The notes beneath the pieces are model-generated. The model did no database searches. It was given only the letters and a program-made list of their open reading frames with translations, and was not told where the DNA came from. A stretch of 64,000 bases of DNA from Vitrella brassicaformis CCMP3155 (Eukaryota > Protista > Chromerida): contig CDMY01000770.1 in assembly GCA_001179505.1 (NCBI GenBank), forward strand, positions 62,001 through 126,000. The letters are read 5' to 3'. The first letter of the stretch is position 1; each line of letters starts with the position of its first letter. A program made the translations under genes and the position numbers. Of this stretch, positions 58,827 to 64,000 are shown piece after piece.

Positions 58827-61800
58827 TCACACCCAGGGCGTCCAGCCCTCATACATCTGGCTCAGCCGATCCACTCCCATCGCCTCCTGCAGCAGCTCAT
58901 GGGCTGCGCGGGCCGCGGGAGCCTGTGACCGACCTCCAGCACCACCGCCACCGCCCCCTCCACTCACAGGGGCTGCGCGGCGTTCCATCGAGGACGACGA
59001 GGCCGCCGGGATGTCGTCAGCGACGGCTCCAGACTGCTGCTGCTGCTGCTGCTGCCTCGGTCGTCTTCGGCGGATGAGTGCGGTGAGCTTGCGCTGGACC
59101 GACTTGACGGCCATGGTGGCCTGCCACTTGTACACTGACGGCCGGTCGACACGAGGCCGGGGTGCCTCGGCTGCTGGGCGGGCGTGGGTGCGTGAAGGGC
59201 TGAGAGCGGATTGGGCAGGAGCAGCCTGGCGCTCTTCTTGCAACACTGCGGACGTACACACGCATACAGACAGACACAGACACAGAGAGATCAACAATGG
59301 CCACTTCAATTAAGTTCCTTGGTGTGTGCCGATTGTCTGTCTTACAAAGGTCGCTTTCGATGTCGTCAAGCTCTCCCTCCAGCTCCCACTCATCGATGGC
59401 CTCCCCCTCGCCCGCCCCGTCCCCTGTCTCGTGCACGGCTCGCTTGCGCTGCTGGTCGAGTTGTTCCCGTGGCTTGGAAATGGCGTCGGTGTCTGCGTCA
59501 GCTTTGGCCTCTGTGCGGAGGATCTGCAGGTTGATGGCGTCCTCGTCGATGTCCTGGGCCAGCTGCTCCATGTGAGCCGCACCACCAGCACCGCCCTGAC
59601 AGACACCACACACGACACGACAGACACCACACACATCGGCCATGGTGGACGGGCAGAATGCTCTGATGGATGTGCGCCTGTCTGTCTATTTCCAACTTCA
59701 CTCACCTCTTGTGCGTCCTCCTCTTCCCCTTCGGCGTCTTCCTCCTCTGTTTCCTCCTCGAGCACATCCATGATCTCATCCGACGCCTCACCAGCAGTGT
59801 CCTTCTCCTTCGCCACACCGCCGCGCGCAGACGAAGCCGACCCGACGTCCTGCCCATCTGCCATGATGCCTTCGCGAGGGCTGCCGTCTGCTGCTGCGGC
59901 CTTGGCCCCTTCCTGTGGGAACGGTGGCAGCGACGGGGGCGCGGCGTCGGGGGCAATGGGTGTGAGGTCGGTGAAGTCGCGCGATGTTGGTGGCTGGTGT
60001 GTGGTGGATGAGAGCTGCTCGCCGAGGTCGGCAGCTTTGCGGTCTGAGAGGAGGGCCAGGGTGTAATCGTTGAGGGCCTTCAGGTCGTCCTTCACCACAG
60101 ACATTGGGGCCGACAGGGACGCCGGAAGAATGGTCGACTGCATCGACACCACACATGATGTGCATTGTTCCCGCGTCTGAGTGACTTCCTCCCTCACCCA
60201 CTCACTCACACACCTGTTCGATGCGTTCGTCGAGCAGCGGGTCCTTTGTGGCCTGGCCGGCCCTGCGGTCCTTCTTGTCGATGGTGGGCACCAGCAGCAG
60301 CTGCTTGACGTCAAGGGCCTTCTTCTTGCCCTCCAGCAAGTGGTTCTGCAGGCTGTGCAGCGTCGTCACAATCCGCTCGCACCGCTCCCCCGACTTGGCC
60401 AGCAGAATGGGACACATGCTGGGCAGCAGCGTCTTCAGCCGCCCCTCGACGGCACCCTTGTCTCTGCCCAACAGGTGGGAGTACATCTTGTAGAGCTTCA
60501 GCAGGGTGGCCAGCAGCCGTGGGTGGGTCTGCCAAAGGTCCATGGCGTGACGGTTGACGGCCTCCCGTGCCTCTCGCAGCTTCTTGACACGCACCGTGCC
60601 CTCCTTGTGCAGCACCATCTGCTCCTGCACAACGTCTTCCGTCGGCAGGGGGCGGGGCGACGGCAGCCGAGCCAGGGCCGCCTGCAGCTCACCCCTCCTC
60701 CCTTGATACTCCTCGTTCTCTCGCCCGGTGGCCTCTCTCATCGCCCTCGCGTCCACATACGCCCGCAGTGGCGGCAAGGCCGATGGCGCGATGGCCGCAC
60801 CGCCCTGGAGAGTGAGCCCAACGGCCAGCCCAAAGGACAGCAGCTGCCTGCCCCAGCTGAGCAGGTTGGTCTCGAGCTCGTCCTCGGCGTGTGTCATGGC
60901 CCCCATGCACTCGGACAGCTCCCCCATGACCGGCTGGACCTCACGCACATGCGACGCCAGGTCGATCCACCCCTCCCTGCCACCTGCCAGCAGCGGGGGC
61001 CTCGGTGGCGACGGCAGGGTAGAGAGCGTCACCGAGACAACGCTCGCTGAAGTCATGCCTGGGGGCGGGGCGGCCGGGATGCTGTTCTGGCCGTTCTCGA
61101 TCTCCTTTGCCACCATGGCTGCGTTGAGCAGAGGGAAGTGCACCCAACGGGCTGCGAAGGCCAGCTCCAGCATCTTGCCACGGTAGACGGGGAGGGACGC
61201 TTCGAACGCCCCCCAAAGGTACGCCTGCCGCTGCACCTCATAGCTTCTGAGCCGCTGGCGCGACGGCTCGTTCAGTGCCGCCATGAAGTTCTCCACAAAC
61301 GCCGTGGGGCCCGACCCCCCCATGGCCGGCTGGTGCTGGTGAATGAGCGTCTCGACTGCCTCCTCAAGACCGCGTAGGCTGCAGCGTGTCAGCACAAAGC
61401 CCTCTGTGCTGTCCCCGCCGCCCTTGAGCGCCTGTGTGACCGAGTGGGCGCTGCCGTAGACGGCCAGAAGCAGCCGATCCAACACCGAGGCCAGTGTGTA
61501 GGTCACTGTCTGCGCCATGAGGGGCGCGAGGCCGACGGTGGCCACCACGTCGAGGAAGTCTTGTGATGCCACTCCGGCCTGCAGCTTGTCGGTCCTCTTG
61601 CCGTACATCTTGGCCATCAGCCGCCCCAGCGCCATGGCCACCCACTCCCGCACATCCAGCCGCAGCGCCCTGGCGTAGTGTGCACGCAGAGCCGGGTCCA
61701 TCCTCTCTCCATTGGCTCTATCGGCCGACCCTCCCGCCCCTGACGAGCCTGCTGCTCTCTTCGGCATGGGTGAGCGCTGTGGGCTGGCCGATGTCGACTG

Positions 61801-64000
61801 AAGGTCGGGGAAGTCGGCCAGCGATGGCGCTGACTGCCGCGCAGAGCGTGCCGGGCCCCAAGCCACGGCGGGCTGCTCCTCGCCATCGTCGCTTTTCTGC
61901 GGTGTAGTGGTGCCGTCATGGACTCCCGCATTGGCGATCTCGGCCTTTTTGTCCTCCTCAATGAGCTTCTGCCTCCGCTCGTCCGACAGAGGGGCTGCGG
62001 CGAACGCCAGGGGGAAGTCGTTCTCGAGCGCCTTCTGCACCAGACAGAGGGTGACGGCCGACGAGCAGAAGCTAGTGGCGGGTGCGTTTGTCGACGCGAG
62101 GGATGAGGAGAAGGATATGGCGCTCTTGATGTTTGGCGTGGCGCCCCGCGCCCAGTTGGACGACTGGCTCGACGCAGTAGTAGGGGGCGAGGCCGACGAC
62201 GGTGAGGATGGGCCGAGGTCCACATCGTGCTTCCGCTGCGCCGCCGTTATGTCGTCACGCAGTCGGGTCTGACGCAAAAGAGAGAGAGAGAGAGAGATTG
62301 GGGAGTGGGGGAACGGTGCGTGAGGGAGAGGGACCTACCAGCTCGTTGCTGATGGTGTGTATGGCTGATTGGAGTTCCTTGATGTGGCCGTCGAGCGGGG
62401 CGAAGTCGGTGGGGGGCGCTACACTGTCACGGCTGGACTCTGACGGGGAGGTGGCCGCGTCGGTGTTGATCGACAGCAGGTGATCCAGATGCCCGGACAG
62501 CCCACGCAGACCCTGGAGAAGACACACGATGTCCAGCACGAGAAGAAGAACAGTTTCGTTCTCCAGTCAGTGTCTGTCATTTCTTCCGCTTGTGTGCGTG
62601 CGTACCTTCTTGACACGCTCGGTGCCCTCGGCCATCCCAGTGAAGGACACCTCCTCTCGGCTGAGTGCCGCACTGCACCATACAAACGTTATATATGTTA
62701 TAAGACAGAAAAGACCCATCCATGCATCCATTTGTGAGTCAGACCGCCTCGCCCCTCCCTCCCTCCAACCCACACCACTCACCTGAGTCTCTTCCACTCA
62801 TTGGCGGCCCTGTCGCCCTCGGCCGTCACCTCCCCCAGCCGCTGCAGCCACGGCGGGACAACACCTGCCTGCGGCCCGCCATCACCCAGCGCCGTCGCTG
62901 CACCGACGTTGCGCACAGGGTGGTTGGTCAAGGCCCAGTCATCCACATCAAACAGTACCCCGAAACGGACCTCCGCATCGGCCTTCTCCAGGTCTGCCGG
63001 GCTCTCCAGCAGCGGGCCGGTCGGCGGCGGGTCGGGGGGTGTTCGGTGAGTGTCGGTGTGTGTCTCGTGAAGGTCGCTGGGGTGCAGCACTTGCAGGCGC
63101 GATGGTGCAAGGGAGAGTGCGGACGCCTCAAAGGCGTAGAGCGCCTTGACTATCGTCTGCCACCCCTTGAGCAGCTCCACCAGGTCAGCGGGCACCCCGC
63201 CGCTCGAGCAGTTCTTGAGCACCTCCAGCACATCGTCCATTATAGCCACCAACTCCACCAGCGTATTCAGGCCGCCCTCGCCTTCAATCATGGTCTTGGT
63301 GGCCTTGAGGAGGTGGACGCACCACTTCCAGCAGCCGCCGATGACGGGCAGCTGCTTCTTGCGGGCCGTGGCCGACTGAGAGCCGCCGATGCCGCCCATT
63401 CCCACGCCGACGGCCTTTGGTTTGAGGGATGCCAGGGAGTCGCTGGCGTCACGACGCATGCATGAAGCGCGACGCTCCAGACGCACTCGGAGGCCGGACA
63501 GCGCACCGTCTGCAAGCGTGGGCAGGGGGAGGTGAGGTGTGTTGGTCGGATGCGCGTGCGCGTGGCAACCTACCTACCTTTGGCGAAGAGCTGCATGGCT
63601 CTGTCGAGCTGGTCGGCCACGGCGACGAAGTTGTTCTCCTGCTGCTGGGCCGCATGGCGCATCGTCTGAAGCTCTTCATCCAAACGCTGACAGAGAGAGG
63701 GAGGGAGAGAACACGCCCATCCGATCGCACCCACCCGTCTCGCCTCTGCGTCAGCCTGTGTGTGTGTGTGTACCTGGACTGCCGTGTTGAGTACGGCTGT
63801 GTCGGTCGTGAGCTGGAACGGCTCGTCAGGTGAGTGTGTGGGCGCCTTGAGCTCAGCGAAGAGCCGCATGAAGAACTGCAGGGGGTGGTGGTTGGACCAC
63901 GCCTGTGTCAACATCCCCAGGGGAGCCACTCGCTCAGACAGCCCCTGCACACGCACCACATCAGATAGACACCACTGAGGGAAATCGCTCCGTCTGTCCG
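58827..64000 (-). CDS. SMG1: 3' part of an SMG1-like PIKK (post-kinase insertion and FATC domain); the gene continues beyond the window
   Basis: The C-terminus ...HELLQEAMGVDRLSQMYEGWTPWV* is a FATC domain closest to SMG1's L.QLYEGWTAWV ending. It is preceded by AVKSVQRKL and by more than 1,000 aa of helical, non-kinase sequence, which is the SMG1-specific layout. Confidence 0.75.

Noticed and set aside
58827-58930. FATC domain assigned to ATM, ATR or TOR
   Set aside because: Those kinases have the catalytic domain directly before the FATC. Here more than 1,000 aa of non-kinase sequence precede it, and the YEGW..WV ending fits SMG1 best.
1-64000. tRNA, rRNA or snRNA genes
   Set aside because: None recognisable by eye. 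A tRNAscan-SE/Infernal run would be needed to exclude them.

Overview
Intron-rich, GC-rich eukaryotic DNA with short GT-AG introns full of (CA)n/(GT)n/(GA)n microsatellites. Gene content and style suggest a chromerid alveolate such as Vitrella (inference). I rebuilt about 26 spliced genes or pseudogenes by hand, and most sit in head-to-head pairs. The right half is mainly housekeeping: a SNF2 ATPase, STEEP1/CXorf56, RPB3, snurportin-1, crooked neck/CLF1, ZMAT2/Snu23, a DnaJ protein and the 3' part of an SMG1-like PIKK. It also holds a secreted coiled-coil protein and a GPI-anchored Cys-rich protein. The left 23 kb is a duplicated accessory region and holds the main finding: a two-gene module present three times. 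In each copy a tiny multi-exon gene for a secreted six-cysteine peptide (CC-x2-C-xn-C-x3-C-x2/3-C), which the ORF track does not show in spliced form, is transcribed divergently from a gene for a roughly 1,150-aa secreted beta-rich protein of unknown family. The 99-205 bp spacers share motifs at fixed spacing. One peptide gene encodes a polyprotein with three cores, each preceded by a DD(A/T)P(L/V)RRL processing motif. The region also has a starch-binding-domain/sucrose-phosphatase-like fusion, an ankyrin pseudogene, a truncated gene duplicate and a 300-N gap. All gene models are manual and all family names come from motif recognition, not database searches.
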